Origin: an uncultured Smithella sp.
GTDB taxonomy: Bacteria > Desulfobacterota > Syntrophia > Syntrophales > Smithellaceae
Assembly (NCBI GenBank): GCA_964608995.1
Contig: CAZSQS010000009.1
Coordinates: forward strand, 2,039 to 66,038
Length of the DNA stretch: 64,000 bases
Direction: 5' to 3'
This document shows, piece by piece, positions 63,888 through 64,000 of the stretch. The first letter of the stretch is position 1, and each line of letters begins with the position of its first letter. A program made the translations under genes and the position numbers. The notes beneath the pieces are model-generated. The model saw only the letters and a list, made by a program, of their open reading frames with translations. It made no database searches and had not been told where the DNA came from.

Positions 63888-64000
63888 AACCTTCCTCCTT
63901 CATTGTTTCGTTGGTTAGAGGATTGACACTGTACATCACTTTTTTTACACATGACGCAAAGCCGATTCGTTGTCAAGCCCTTAAATGGCGCGTGTTGGCT

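Overview
This 64-kb window looks like a chromosomal segment of a Gram-negative bacterium. It is probably an anaerobe of the Desulfobacterota type, inferred only from gene content: hemerythrin, rubredoxin fusions, many radical SAM and sigma54 components, GC-rich coding sequence. From left to right it contains two tRNA-Ser genes, each followed by an odd element that ends in a second copy of the tRNA 3' end. Next come tadA, a TonB-like gene, a beta-CASP hydrolase, an unlisted 34-aa lysine-rich ORF, a PilZ protein, a porin behind a textbook sigma54 promoter, thrC and lysS. A co-directional outer-membrane biogenesis block of about 22.6 kb follows (9.5-32.1 kb): lolC/E, lolD, bamA, skp, lpxD, lpxA, gnnA/gnnB-like genes, lpxB, msbA, lpxK, an lpxL-like gene, waaF, gmhB, waaC, a wzi-like gene, a wzz-like gene and a 1040-aa wza-like exporter. 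After that come an MgtE-like transporter, a crotonase, a Kef-type antiporter disrupted by an in-frame TAG and a C9-tract frameshift, and an apparently leaderless lexA with a GAAC-N4-GTTC operator. These are followed by a Pif1-WYL helicase, a GAF-PAS-GGDEF protein, a visibly AT-richer block of hypothetical genes, and a module of 4Fe-4S protein, hybrid kinase, sigma54 activator and hemerythrin. The most interesting region is a minus-strand cluster of about 11 kb (51.2-62.2 kb). It mixes type II FAS/PKS-like parts (FabA-like, FabZ-like, PKS-type DH, two KAS, two ACPs, a thioesterase) with three radical SAM enzymes (one B12-binding), a NodB-family deacetylase and a membrane protein, and it ends in plsY. 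I read it as a candidate pathway for an unusual modified membrane lipid. I saw no CRISPR array, transposase, integrase or rRNA. All product calls rest on motif and architecture recognition by eye, not on database searches.
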